Positions 42,242-54,770 are shown, numbered from the stretch's first letter. The stretch is DNA of 64,000 bases from an uncultured Ruminococcus sp. (GCA_902798365.1 CADBWP010000013.1:6885-70884), one strand, 5' to 3'. Notes: a model not told the origin generated them from the letters alone. Translations and numbers: made by a program.

Positions 42242-42886
42242 ATGGCTGTGCAGGCAGTACCCACCAAGGGTAATTTGATGAACACCAAAAAGTCGCTTGC
42301 CCTTGCCAAAAACGGCTACGAGCTGCTCGACCGCAAGCGCAACATCCTCATACGCGAGATGATGACGCTCATCGACCACGCCAACGCCATTCAGCAAAAG
42401 ATAGACAGCGCCTACGAAGAGGCGTACATCGCTCTGCAAACCGCCAACATCACCAACGGCTTTTGCGAGGACATCTCAAACGCGGTGCCCATAGAGGACG
42501 GTCTGCGGCTCGACTCGCGCAGCGTAATGGGCGTTGAGATTCCCATTCTCACCATGGAAGAAAGCGATACCTGCAACTATCTGCACTACGGCGCACGCAC
42601 CACAAACTCTGCCGTCGATAAGGTCTATATCCTTTTTACAAGGGTAAAGGAGCTTACGGTGGAGCTTGCCGAGATAGAAAACAGCGTATATCGCCTTGCC
42701 GATTCCATAAAAAAGACGCAAAAACGGGCAAACGCGCTTAAAAACATTATGATACCCCGCTTTGAGGAGACCGTAAAGTTCATAACCGACGCCCTCGACG
42801 AAAAGGACAGGGAGGAGTTCAGCCGCCTCAAGGTAATAAAAAGAAAGAAGCTCCGCGAAAGCACGGAGCAGTCTGTACAGGAATAA
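42242..42886 (+). CDS. V/A-type ATPase subunit D
   Basis: PTKGNL, GYELLDRKR, KTQKRANAL, DREEFSRLK. Confidence 0.95.
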   Translation: MAVQAVPTKGNLMNTKKSLALAKNGYELLDRKRNILIREMMTLIDHANAIQQKIDSAYEEAYIALQTANITNGFCEDISNAVPIEDGLRLDSRSVMGVEIPILTMEESDTCNYLHYGARTTNSAVDKVYILFTRVKELTVELAEIENSVYRLADSIKKTQKRANALKNIMIPRFEETVKFITDALDEKDREEFSRLKVIKRKKLRESTEQSVQE

Positions 42887-42899
42887 AAATCAAACGGAA

Positions 42900-42930
42900 C
42901 TGCCGCTCATCATGCGGCGGTTTCTTTTTT
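42900..42930 (+). terminator. Intrinsic terminator after the ATPase operon
   Basis: CTGCCGC-TCATCAT-GCGGCGG followed by TTTCTTTTTT. Confidence 0.65.
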
Positions 42931-43120
42931 ATATCGGCTTATGACACCCAAATGTCGGCATAGTATAGGATAGTGTTAGGAGAGGAGAAAGCGCCCACCG
43001 GCGCCCACCGGCGCAGGTCGAAATGACATAATGGTATATGAAAATTACACAATAAATAATCAGGCGCAGCGAAATTAATGTTTTATTGTTACGAATTTTT
43101 AAATAGCTTATACAATATTG

Positions 43121-43150
43121 TTGACTTGGCACTATATATTATGATAAAAT
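43121..43150 (+). promoter_or_regulatory. Candidate sigma-A promoter upstream of the leader ORF
   Basis: TTGACT-N18-TAAAAT with TG before the -10. Confidence 0.45.
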
Positions 43151-43286
43151 GACTTGAAAATTAAAAAAGTAGTATTATGTTATGGTGTGACTGTGTTTTT
43201 TTGCCTGTCACGCGCATAGTAAAATTATTACAGCATTTTAACATATACTTAAGGATTGATACTTGACACGGGATAAGAGGTAGGAT

Positions 43287-43346
<60 letters not shown>

Positions 43347-43381
43347 TTGCGTCTTTTATATAAATTCACTTTTAATAACAT

Positions 43382-43469
43382 GACCGTTCGCGGCTTATTG
43401 GTAAAAATCACCTTTTTGCAATACTTCGGGTGCTTTTGCCTTGGAAAATAAGCCGTGACGGTCTTTTTT
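43382..43469 (+). terminator. Long 5'-leader terminator/attenuator hairpin
   Basis: GACCGT(T)CGCGGCTTATT pairs with AATAAGCCGTGACGGTC (17 bp, one bulge), inner GGTAAAA..CACC/GGTG..TTTTGCC stem, then T6; lies 36 nt before the ATG at 43506. Confidence 0.75.
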
Positions 43470-43505
43470 GTTTAATCAACTATTCTGCTTATAGGTGGGG
43501 ATAAT

Positions 43506-46500
43506 ATGAAAAAAAGGGTTATATTTCTTTCCTTGTTGCTCACGCTGGCAATCGCCGTCAACTCTGTTGTTCCGGTATTGTCGCAAACAATAAGAGAAGC
43601 TTTTCCGTTTCAGCCGCAGGTCGGCTCTGTAATTCAATCTGCAAAGGATTATTCCGCAGATGATACAGAGGACACAGCCGAAGCTGCGCAGTCCGACAAG
43701 GAGACAGCATTTGCCGACGGAAAGATCCTCATTTACAGCTACGCCCAGCTGTCTGCGATAGGCAGCGGAAAAAGCATGACATACGGCGACGGCTCCACAG
43801 CCGAATATGCCGCCGACGCCGAGTATAAAATAGTGCGCGACATTCCCCTTCCGCGCGGCGCCGTATGGCAGCTTCCAAGCGGCTTTAAGGGAAAAATAAC
43901 GGGCGACAGGCAGGCTTTTGCTCCCCTGTATGACAGCGAAACCGATACCCTCAGCCTGTACAATCCCTATCAGCTTGCAACTATGGTTATGGACAACGCC
44001 GACACCCAGCCCGTGCTGTCGGGCGACGCCGACGCAAAAAGCTTCGGCATGGGTCAGCCCCTTACCACAGGCGACGGCTCTATACTCACCTACGGCAGCG
44101 GACACAACTATATCGTTTCGTCTCAGTTTTGCTCTGAGGTTCCCGAAAAGCCCGTGTCCGTATCAACCTCAAAAAAGCAGACCGAGGCGGCAGGCGCTCA
44201 GGCGGACGGCTCCGCAGGCACAGCGGCATATGACGGTCGTGACTTTGACGGTCAGGTGCTCAAGGAGATAAACGGAACCACCTATATCCTGATAGGCAAC
44301 GACGCACAGCTTCGCGCTATCGGCACAAACACAGAGGTTTATACCCGTGTGTATCGTGTAGTGCACATAAACGATCATTATGTTGTCGATAAGGACAGCC
44401 ACAACAACGACATTATTCTTTACGGCGGAGACGCCGATCTGGATCATACTCAGAACGGTTATGCCGATTTTGACTTCCACAACATACACGACGCAGAACG
44501 GCACTATTATTCGGGCGTAGATCAGCAGACGGGTTACGCATATACGGATCTTTCCCACATCACCCACGAAAAATACCTTTCCACAAATGCAACCGGCGGC
44601 AAGTGGCACACGGGCGTAACATATTCCTCTAATGCAAACTACATCGTGTTCCGCGACATAGACCTCGGCGGCAGCTCCGATCCCTGGACTCCGCTTATGT
44701 TCAGCGGAAATATGTACGGAATAAAGAGCGTAGGCAGCGAAAAGCTGTGGAACGGCGACGCCATAGACAACGCCACGGCAATGAACGACCGCACAACGCA
44801 AAACCGTCCGGTCATTTCAAACGTATATGTAAACAACACCCAACCCATCGAGGTTAACAAGTTCATCGGCATAGGCTTTTTTGCCACGATAACCAACGAG
44901 ATAAACACAGCCGACATCGGCATAAGCGCCGGCACGGTTCATGTGGAGAACCTCGAGCTCAGCGGGGTAGAGGTGCACAACACCGCAACCACGGCGGAAC
45001 AGGCAACTACGCTTGTAAGCGCTATCACGAGCACAACCGGCTGGCTTGTGGGCGGAATTGTGGATATTTTGCTTGCCGCCCTGTCCTTTGGCGAGGTTAA
45101 TCTGAGTCTTCACGATACTCTCAGCGCTCTGCTTAACGCGCGCACAAAGGATCCCACTATTTTTGCCACAGGCGGCTTTGCCGGCAGAGTTGTCGGCGAC
45201 GTTGATATATTCAACTGTGCTGTCACCGATTCCGTTTCGGTTGAAAACGTAAAGAATTACACAGGCGGCTTCATCGGCTACAGCGAAGGTGTAACGCAGT
45301 ACAGCGGACTTTCTCAGGCGCTCAATATAGCCACAGGCGCGCTGGCGTCGCTGCTCAACGTTGTTCCCGGTCTGGGCCTGGGCGACCTTGTAACGATTCT
45401 GCTCAACAACGCTCTGCCGCTCGGCAAGCTTATTCCCACCGGCTATTATGAGCCCAGGGTGAGAAGCTGTACGGTTGACAGCCTCGGCGGTCAGCTCGGT
45501 CACTTTAACGGCACGCCCCAAAACCCCGACGTCGATTATGTCGGCGGCTTTATCGGCTGTCAGATCGGCACGGTCATCACAGGCTCCGAAGTAATCAACA
45601 GCACATATACCGTAATCGCAAACGAATACGGCGGCGGCTTTGCAGGCGTTGCCCACGACGGTGAGATAAAGGGAACCCTCAACGATTTGGGACTTGACAT
45701 TATCGACGAGACCAGCATAAAAGAGAGGATAAACCAAAACCTCGACCTCATAGGCAGCGGAAGCTTCCAGTCGCAAAGCCTGCTGCAAAATTGCAGGATA
45801 TTTGATTCAAACGTAACGGTCAACGGCGGCAGCAATTTGGGCGGCTTTGCAGGCGCTCTTTGTGCAAGCTACGCCATAGATTGTGACATAAAGCAAACGG
45901 CTTTTATGTCACGGCAAACGAGGTTCGATCAGGCGATGAAAACTCGGGCAGCGCAGGCGGCTTCGGCGGCTATATGAGCGGCGCACAGGTGTCTTACTGC
46001 GACGTTTATAAGCTTAAGCACAGCATAGATAACAAGGAGGTAACTCCTCCCGACGATCTCGAGGCGGTCTCGGCTCCGTCCTACTTTGACTCAACCCAAA
46101 GCAGATACGCCGTAACGGGCGGTCACTTTGCAGGCGGCTTTGTGGGCAATGCCGACATAGGCAGCGCGGCAAGCGTGGGCGGAGGACTCAGCGTTCTTTC
46201 CGTGCTCGACTTTGAAAACGTTGCCACGGCGCTCAGTTTGGTGGTCACCACCATCGAGCACTCCGACGTTGAGGGCGCGGCAGGCGGCTTCTCGGCGATC
46301 TCGGACGGCACCGACAGCAGCGGCAAGGTCGGCAAAACAGGCGGCTTTGCAGGCGAGATCTCGGGCGCGCACATTCAAAACTCACATTGTAAAAACTTTT
46401 ATTATATGATAGGTCAGGAGGCGGCAGGCGGCTACGTCGGCAGCATGAAGCCCGGCGAGGCTGCAAGGCTTCTTGGCAATGCAGGCGTTATTGCCACACT

Positions 46501-49500
46501 TGCAGGCATCAACGGCTCTCTGCTTTCGCTGATAAGCGATTTTGTTCCTACCATTCGCAACTCCACCACCTCATGCGTGCCCTGCGGCGGCGCGGTTCGC
46601 GCTCAGGCGGCGTCCGACAGCGGTCATCAAAGAGGCTGTGCAGGCGGCTACTGCGGTCACAACGAGGGCGGTCATATCTGGGGTCTTAACACCAACACCT
46701 GGCAGGATCAGAACAACGGCGTCGTGCTGGGAAGAAACTTCGGTCACGACCGTGAGGGCGAATATACAGGCGAGCGGCACACAAGCGCCGCATGGCGCAT
46801 ACGTTCCGTGTATGGCTATGAATATGCAGGCGGCTTTACGGGCTTTATGGAGGCTGCCGACACCGCAGGCACGGGCAACGTCGGTCTTTTGGGCGGCTTG
46901 GTTCAGGCGAGCAACCTGCTTACCGCGCTGTCTGTTGTTTATCCCACCGAAAAGAACACGGCTGTATATGGTCCTCTGCGCAATGTCGATACGGCAACCT
47001 GGAACGCATGGAAAACCTATGTGGGCAAATACGGCGGCTACGGCATGGAGCTTGCCACTCAGGATATTTCAAGCCCGCAGGCAAACTACTTCTACGGCTG
47101 CAATGTTGTGGCAGGCAGAAGCACCGTCACCGACACGGTGGGTAACACAACAATGTTCCCGGCAAGCGAGGGCGGCGACGCAGGCGGCTATGTGGGACTT
47201 GTTCGTTCGGGCGTTATCACCAACGGTCAATCCCATGACATGAAGCTTATCCGCGCCATGCGCAGCGCAGGCGGCTATGCCGGAAGCCTGCAAACAGGCG
47301 GTATCGCCGAGCTGGGAGAGGCGGGAATCACCCTTTTCGGGCTTAACCTCACTGCCGACCTCGGCAAGCTCATAAGCGCCGTAAAGGTATTTGTGCCCAC
47401 AGTCAACAGCGGCTCTGTGACCGGCTGGCAGACGGGCTTGACCGTCATTGCCGACGGCGTAAGCGCCGACAGCAACAACGACGGACTATATGACAACGAC
47501 GACGATATAACATACAAATGCGGCTATGCAGGCGGCTATGTAGGCTCGGCATACGGTGCGCAGATCTTCGGCGACAAAAACGTTGGCAATACCGCAGGCA
47601 CGGGCTGCAACGTGGGCAATCTGCGCTTCGTCCGCGGCAACAACGCCGCAGGCGGCTACGCAGGCATAGTTACGGCGGCTGCAATGGCAGAGGTTGACAC
47701 CCACACAGCCAAAACAGGACTGCTCCAGGGTATTTTTGACGCTGTTGTGGATAACTCAAGCGAGCTGGCATCCGTGCTTCAGGTAACGGCTTCAACCGTT
47801 GTTTATGCTCAGGTCGATCCCGACGACAGCGACTTCGGTTTTGTTGTTGAGGGCACAGGCTCCACTCCGCCCAGATACGCGGGCGGCTTTGCGGGAATCC
47901 TTGAAGCGAGCTTTGCAGGCATCAGGGTTGCCGAGATAAGCCGCGACGATGAGGCTGACAGCAACATCGTTATCAACGGTCTGCGCAGCGTTGACGCCAT
48001 CTATTACGCAGGCGGCTTCTTCGGACTTGCCGATGTGACAGGTGTTGCCGATGTTTCCCACACGGGACAGACGGGTATCCTTGAGCGCCTTGTAACCGTA
48101 GGCGAGATCAGCGTCATCGACGCCTTCCGCTCTTATGTGTATTATAGTGAGGTTAACGGCGTTAGCGAGGGAATCGTGGTTCGCACCCACGGCGCCGACA
48201 GCCGCGTTACTAACATAGACACACCCAACGAGGGTATGCTCAGCGAAACGCGCTATTCGGGCTGCGCAGGCGGCTTTGGCGGCGCGATGATGAACGGAAC
48301 CGTAAAGTACGGCAAGGTCAGTAACCTTAACACGGTATATGGCAAAAACTACACGGGCGGTTTCATAGGTCATATGGGCAAGTCCGGCGTGGTAGATGCG
48401 GACAATGCCCAGGTTGCCAACCTCATCGGTCTTACGGCAGGCGCATTCGATATATTCAGCACTCACGCTTCGTGGGTTATGCCGACGTTTCCAAAATAAA
48501 AACGTGCAGGGTGGAAAACCTTAAGCAGGTATATAGTGATCAGATCGCAGGCGGATTTGTCGGCAAGACCGACATGCATTATGTTGTAAGCGTCGAGGCG
48601 GACTCTCCGCTGGTGCAGGTGGTAGAGCAAATCCTCAACCTCCTTTTGCAGGGACTGCTTGTTGACAGGCTCGAGAATATCGATCTGCTCAGCCTGAATC
48701 TGGGCATTGCAAACCTGAGCGTGCTTACCGACGGACAGCTTGCATACGTTAATCTGCTCGGCCTTAAGATAGGCGTGACGCTTATCGACAAAAGTCAGGA
48801 CGGCAAAACAGGCACCGCGCTTGTTACCATAGGCGATTCATCCGTTGCCCTGCCCTTCAACGAGGGCGGCATAGACATGAGCGGCGAAAACGCCGAGGTG
48901 GTTGTAAACCTCATCAAAGGCAACCGCACTCACATCGAAAACAGCTATGTAAAGGGAATAAGCACAGGCTATGACGTATATGGCGGCGGCGCAGGCAACA
49001 ACAGCGACGGCAGCGGCGTAAACGGCAAGGCTGGCGGCTTTGTGGGCTTTAACAACGAGGGTCATCTGCTCAACAACACCATGGAATACTGCGACGTGGT
49101 TCGCGGCACAGCACAGATGACGGGTCCGTTCAGCGGCTTTACCTCCTTGCAGTCTGTATATAGCTTCAATACCCTTCAATCCATAGAGGGTGAAAACAAC
49201 ACCTACTATGCATACAGAAAATCCACATTAAAATACGCTCTCACAGACAGCCGCCGGCAAATCGGCGGTCAGGCTGTTGAGGATAACGGCTACAACAGGT
49301 TTGCGGTAACTCATCTTGCTGCTCCCATTGTGCCGGGAGAAAACGAGGCGTATTATCTTATATTCCAAAAGTGGGAGGATGCGGTTCTCGCTTCCAACAC
49401 CGGCGGCTCGGGCGCTGTTCCTGCCAATGTGTATGAAAGCAGCGCAAAGGCGGTGCTGATGCTCGACACTCCCACAGAGCCGAACGATCAGAGCCTTGTG

Positions 49501-51438
49501 CCCGTGCCGGGCGTCAACAAGGATCCGTGTGACGAAAAGCTCAAGCTGACCATACAGAAGGTATGGCAGGATCAGAACAACGGCTTCGGTGCGCGACCCG
49601 CCTCAATAAAGGTGAAGGTGTGGCAGCATTGGTATGACGAAAACGGCGTGGCAATAATGGACGGCTCGTCCCAAAAGGTTACGCTTTACACCGACGCCAC
49701 CTGCGACCAAAACGGCTGGTTCACATTAAGCGCCGACGAACACGGACGCAGGGATTCCGCGGCGTGGACGAGAGTAATCGACGGTCTGCCTGCCTACACT
49801 TCAAGCCCCGACACCTACTACACCTATACCGTGGAGGAGGCTCCCATAGCGGGCTACAGCAGCAGCATCTCTTACGATGAAACAGGCTCGACCGAGACCG
49901 CAAAGATAGTCAACACCAAAACCCTTGAAATACAGTTCAAATACTACGACCGTTACGAGATAGACGGAACAGCTGCGGGAATAAGCTCAACCGAAACGGC
50001 ATACAGCGTTCCCGTCAACGGAATACCGTCAAGTCTTATCACGCTGAACAACGAAACTCAGACGGCGCAGTCCATAAACTTCAGCAGTCTTATCGGAAGC
50101 AAGGCGGTAGAGTTTGCCCAAAACAAATTGTCGGTAGGCAACGTGATGTGCGACTACGACCTTTGGACTTCACAAAGCAAGGCTGTTTCGGCGATGAGCG
50201 GCAGAAGCTATATTACCGGGGGAAGGGAGACGGATTACGAGGCGGATGATGTCATCTGTCACACCGATTACCTCGGACGTCCGCTGACAGAAGTCGAAAA
50301 GTGGGTAACCTACTACGATGCCGGTGACAATGAGCTTGCCGAAACCGCTCTCGGCGAAAACTACAACTGCAACAAGGTAAGCAGAATCGTCGTTTGGTGC
50401 TACAACTATCCCAAGCAGTACGACGTGTATATTTACGGCGCGAACAGCTCCGATGATCTTCTTGAAAAAACCGTTTGCGGCAATACCATGTATGTTGCCG
50501 ACGCCGAATCCGCCGACAACGATGTTAAGTGGCTGGACGAAACCGACTTCTACTATAACCAGCGCTTCGGTGTGGAAATGGGCAGAGAGGATCTGGACGC
50601 CGCAGGCTTTATAGAGAACTACGGTCTGCCGGGCTACACGGGTGTTCAGCCTGCAAACTATACCTCGGATTCCTTCGACGGCTACAGCTTTGCATACTGG
50701 GCTTACGACCAGGAGGGAACGCAGATAGCTTCCGTAGAGAGAAGCTTCTATTACCGCGTCACTACTGACACAAAGCTTTATGCGGTATATTCAAGGGAAG
50801 GAACCTCGGAACCCGGAATCTCGATATCAGCCAACTCAAACGATACCTATGTAGATTCCTCCGGCGTATCAAGAACACGTCTTAACATATTCGGAAGCGT
50901 ATATGGCGCTCCCGACTATGATCCGAATGTTCAGAAGCTGTCTTTCGTCAACATTTCACTCAGCGAACAGATCAGAAACAATCCCGAGATATACACCCCC
51001 GAAAGGATAAACGCGCTGTTCAATCAGTACAAGGATCAGCTAAAGGCGCATATCAGGGATAATGACCTGGAAAACGGCAGCAAGCCGTTTTCGTCAAACG
51101 TTACCTATGACGGCGATATTGACGCACAAACGGGTGAGGCGGTTGATACACTTCAGCTGACGCTTACGACAAAGGGCTATATTTACACCGTTGTTTCAAA
51201 CGGAAACGAGGCTGCAAGCGGCGACTCCACCGTACTGCTCACCAACAAGAACAGGGCGCAGTTTACAATATCCTACAAAACATCCGCTCTCAACATAAAC
51301 AATACAAACGCAAAGGGCAACACCTGCCTTATGTATTGCGGAGCATTAAAGTATAACGGAGAATGGAGCATAAGCACTAACTGCCTGATCTATTACAACG
51401 GCGAAACGGTTGACAACACAGCCAAAAGTTGGGAATGA
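43506..51438 (+). CDS. Giant secreted surface protein (GLUG-like GGFxG repeats, Cna-B-like domain), split into three ORFs at ~45890 and ~48467
   Basis: Signal peptide in ORF1; AGGF[AVI]G motifs run through all three ORFs; IQKVWQD...RP.SIKV...GLP.Y...YTVEE..I.GY Cna-B-like unit; ORFs 2 and 3 lack RBS and signal peptide and their frames open mid-motif. Confidence 0.75.
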
Positions 51439-51447
51439 GGTAATTTA

Positions 51448-51573
51448 TTGAAGAAATCTTACGATTCACCTGAATTTGATTATGTACAGATAAAGATTGC
51501 AACAACGCTTTGTGCCTCTGCGGAAAATGTTGTTTCCGATATATTTGAGGAAGATGACGGCGACGATTTGTAA
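51448..51573 (+). CDS. 41-aa small protein MKKSYDSPEF...LCAS...EEDDGDDL (absent from the ORF track)
   Basis: GAGG RBS plus TTG 51448, TAA 51571-51573; KKxYxxP start, CAS, acidic tail. Confidence 0.7.
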   Translation: MKKSYDSPEFDYVQIKIATTLCASAENVVSDIFEEDDGDDL

Positions 51574-51657
51574 TTGTTATTGAACTCCGGGTATATCCAT
51601 TGTCGGGCGGCAGCAGTAAGGGGACGCCGCCCGGAAGCCCGGTCAAGAGGAACGCTT

Positions 51658-52683
51658 ATGAAGTCTTTAAAAATTCTTATCGCTTTTTCTTTGGTTTTGT
51701 CCTTGCTTGCCGCAGGACTGTGCACAAGCGCCTCCGCGCTGGTCATCCACGAAAACGGCTTTGGCTTTGAGGTCAATTCATCAAAGCACACAGCAACGCT
51801 CGTAAGCTATGACGGCGACGGGGGAAGAGTGGTGCTTCCCGAGTATTTTTACGGTTATCCGGTAACAGTTATTGACAAAAACGCTTTTTCGGGCAATGAA
51901 AGCATTACAGAGGTCGTGTTTTCAAACACAAACACTACCGTTGAAGAGTATGCCTTTATGAACTGCACGGCTCTTGAAACGGTATATATCCCCGAAAACG
52001 TGAAAAGCTTCGGCGACAGAGCCTTTGCAGGCTGCACCTCGCTTAAAACCGTGACCATGCTCTCCGACATCGTAAGCATGCCCACCAACATGTTTTCGGG
52101 CTGCACCTCGCTTTGCGAGCTTACGATTAGCGAAAGCATAGCCGAGTTTGGCTACGGCTGCTTCAACGGCTGTTCCTCGCTGACAAACCTTGATTTTGCG
52201 TCAAACGGAGTAATGCTTCAATCCTACGCCTTTAACGGCACGGGAGCTGAGTCGGTGGTTCTTTCCGATTCGCTTATAGCTATTCCCGACTACGCATTTA
52301 CAAATTGTTCCCAGCTGAAATACGTGACCGTTCCCGACAGCGTGGTGCTCATTCAGCCAAACGCCTTCGATTACGAAAACCTCACCATACGTTGTTATTA
52401 TGATTCCTATGCCTACGACTTTGCAGGCGGCAAGGGAGTTGCACGCGAGCTGCTCGACGATATAACTCTCGGCGACGCAAACGGCGACGGCGTAATAAGC
52501 ATAAGCGATGTAACCACCATACAGCGCCATCTTGCCGAGTTTGAAAGCCTTGACGGCGTCAGGCTGCTTGCGGCAAACATCGAGAGCGGCAACGATGTGG
52601 ATATTTCCGACGCTACCTCCCTGCAAATGTTCCTTGCGGAGTACGAAACGGATTATCCCGTCGGAGCTCCCATAACCATTTAA
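51658..52683 (+). CDS. Secreted BspA-type leucine-rich-repeat protein with C-terminal type-I dockerin
   Basis: GAGG RBS plus ATG 51658, signal peptide (SASA), AFxxCxxLxxVxIP repeats, LGDANGDGVISISDVTTIQRHLA...VDISDATSLQMFLA. Confidence 0.9.
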   Translation: MKSLKILIAFSLVLSLLAAGLCTSASALVIHENGFGFEVNSSKHTATLVSYDGDGGRVVLPEYFYGYPVTVIDKNAFSGNESITEVVFSNTNTTVEEYAFMNCTALETVYIPENVKSFGDRAFAGCTSLKTVTMLSDIVSMPTNMFSGCTSLCELTISESIAEFGYGCFNGCSSLTNLDFASNGVMLQSYAFNGTGAESVVLSDSLIAIPDYAFTNCSQLKYVTVPDSVVLIQPNAFDYENLTIRCYYDSYAYDFAGGKGVARELLDDITLGDANGDGVISISDVTTIQRHLAEFESLDGVRLLAANIESGNDVDISDATSLQMFLAEYETDYPVGAPITI

Positions 52684-52719
52684 CGACGACGGCGTTACTA
52701 CAACCTAATATAATTCCGT

Positions 52720-52770
52720 AAAACACTTCACAGCGCGGCATATGCCGTTCTGTGGGGTGTTTTGCTTTTT
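52720..52770 (+). terminator. Intrinsic terminator
   Basis: AAAACACTTCACAG..CGGCATATGCCG..CTGTGGGGTGTTTT plus T tract. Confidence 0.7.
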
Positions 52771-52801
52771 GTGATCAATTGCTATTTTTGGTAAATATGT
52801 A

Positions 52802-52830
52802 TTGCAGTAATCAAAAAAATATGTTATAAT
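52802..52830 (+). promoter_or_regulatory. Sigma-A promoter of the Hsp70-like gene
   Basis: TTGCAG-N17-TATAAT with extended -10 TG. Confidence 0.65.
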
Positions 52831-52956
52831 CATACAAATAATCAGTCAATACTGCAATTTGAGTCAAAAACCGTGTTTTGTAACGCCGTTTTGACGATTC
52901 CGATCGATTATACCCGTTTGGCGGCATAAACGTATGCGGGAAGGGGAGCTGCAAAA

Positions 52957-54762
52957 ATGAAAACCGAAAACGAGAGAATGCTGAGGATAATCGGAATAGA
53001 TTTCGGCACCTCTTCAACATACATGAATATAAAGCGGTACAGTCTGGATTCGTCCGACACCGACAGCTTCAACTATATTCCCGTGTCGTTCGATCACGGC
53101 GAGTCAAAGGGCAGCCTTGTGACCGTGATAAGGGAAAACGACGACGGCTCGCTCGACTTCGGCAGAACAGCCAACGAGGAGACCGAGGGCTCGATAGTTC
53201 ACAGAAACTTTAAGATGAACCTTGAAAGCCCCGACCGTGAGCTGCGCGAGCACGCAAAAATGCTGACAAAGCGGCTGTTTGAATATCTGTATCAAAATTA
53301 TCAGCAGCAGGTGAGCCACCTCGGAAACGAAGACGACGAGGTTCAGACGATCGTTTCCTATCCCGTGAAATGGCAAGAAAACACAGCCCGTTTTATGGTT
53401 GAGGTTGCCGTTGAGGCAGGCTTTGAAAACGTAAGGGGCATGGACGAGGCAACCGCCGCTATCTCTACGGTTGTAAGCCGCAATTTTGACAAGATGACGG
53501 CGTCGGGCATTTTTTCCGCCGACAAGCCCGGATACCTTATGCTTGTGGATATGGGCGCCGGCACCACCGACCTTGCGCTGTGCAAATACTATTACGACAT
53601 CAAGGGCTCTCAGGTCGTTTCCGCCGACGCAATAAAGCTTGAGGTTGTGACAAACTGGCCGCTCAGCGAGGATGACCCCACCTTTGGCGGACGCGAAATT
53701 GACGCGGTGCTCACCGAATATATAAAGCAATACCTTACCGAGGCGCTGCCAGACGAGCTTAAGCAAATGGCGGGCGCAATTGCCTCGATGGACAACAACA
53801 TAAAGCTGTGGAAGGAAAACAACGTTTCGTTTTACCTGAACAAAAACAAAACCGTGCAGTCCTGCGGCTTTATCCGCGCCTATCTTACGCCGGGCTCCAA
53901 AAGATTCCCCGAGATAGACCGCAGCCGCTTTGAGGAGCTCATTGCCGAGCAGCTCGAGGACTATTCCTATCTGCTTTTGGGCTGCCTTGAAAACGCCTGC
54001 AAGGCAGATCCCGATTTCAGACGTTCGGGTCTTGACATGGTCATTCTCGCAGGCGGCCACAGCTCGTGGTACTTTGCAGGTGACATGATCTCGGGCAAAA
54101 TGAAGAACAGCCCCGATCACCCCGCGCTTGCCAAGATTAGAGAAAACCCCGAGCGGCTTATCAAGCTGCCAAATCCGCAGTCAACCGTCGCCCTCGGTCT
54201 GGTGTATAACCGCCTTATGTCGTCCTTTAAGCTCAACCGCAAGAACACGGTCAGCGACGACTGGGTAAAGGTGCTCTACAACCTTAAGCCCAATCCCCAG
54301 TTTATGACAGAGCAGACCGTGCAGCAGGGGCAAAGCGATGTTTATAACCTTGTATGCGACTTTACCTCGCTGTTCCGTTTCCCGTCCGAGCCCGAGCTGA
54401 TGGGGCATATCTCTGTTTTCAAAAGCAATCCCGCCTGCTGCAACACCTTTGCATACAAGCAGTTTTTTAAAGACAAGCAAAACGACATCTGCTTTTGCTG
54501 CGAAAAAAACAGCCAGTCGCCCTGCGGCTTTGCGCTTTCGATGTACGGAATATACTATGAAACAAAGCTTTCCGCAGGCTGCATAGGCTGGGACGACTTT
54601 CTCGGCCGATCAATCACGCTTTCGGGCTGGAACAACGACAAGGTCAACCTCGGCTACACCACTCTGCCCACCAACCGCTCCGCCGTTCAGGTGTGCTATC
54701 AGTACCTTTCAGCGCTTCAAATGGAGCTCAGGCGTCTGCTCGGCGGCGGCGTTCAGTACTGA
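52957..54762 (+). CDS. Divergent Hsp70/DnaK-family ATPase (nucleotide-binding domain plus unrelated C-terminal domain)
   Basis: IIGIDFGTS, VSYP..W, EAGF, DEATAA, VDMGAGTTD, FGGREID, VILAGGHS, VALG; no recognisable DnaK linker or substrate-binding domain. Confidence 0.85.
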   Translation: MKTENERMLRIIGIDFGTSSTYMNIKRYSLDSSDTDSFNYIPVSFDHGESKGSLVTVIRENDDGSLDFGRTANEETEGSIVHRNFKMNLESPDRELREHAKMLTKRLFEYLYQNYQQQVSHLGNEDDEVQTIVSYPVKWQENTARFMVEVAVEAGFENVRGMDEATAAISTVVSRNFDKMTASGIFSADKPGYLMLVDMGAGTTDLALCKYYYDIKGSQVVSADAIKLEVVTNWPLSEDDPTFGGREIDAVLTEYIKQYLTEALPDELKQMAGAIASMDNNIKLWKENNVSFYLNKNKTVQSCGFIRAYLTPGSKRFPEIDRSRFEELIAEQLEDYSYLLLGCLENACKADPDFRRSGLDMVILAGGHSSWYFAGDMISGKMKNSPDHPALAKIRENPERLIKLPNPQSTVALGLVYNRLMSSFKLNRKNTVSDDWVKVLYNLKPNPQFMTEQTVQQGQSDVYNLVCDFTSLFRFPSEPELMGHISVFKSNPACCNTFAYKQFFKDKQNDICFCCEKNSQSPCGFALSMYGIYYETKLSAGCIGWDDFLGRSITLSGWNNDKVNLGYTTLPTNRSAVQVCYQYLSALQMELRRLLGGGVQY

Positions 54763-54770
54763 TTTTTGCC

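Noticed and set aside
42991..43014. GCGCCCACCG x2.4 tandem repeat in an AT-rich intergenic region
   Set aside because: Too short to assign a function; may be another small duplication or assembly overlap
52957..54762. Housekeeping dnaK
   Set aside because: Highly divergent, no substrate-binding domain, no hrcA-grpE-dnaJ context
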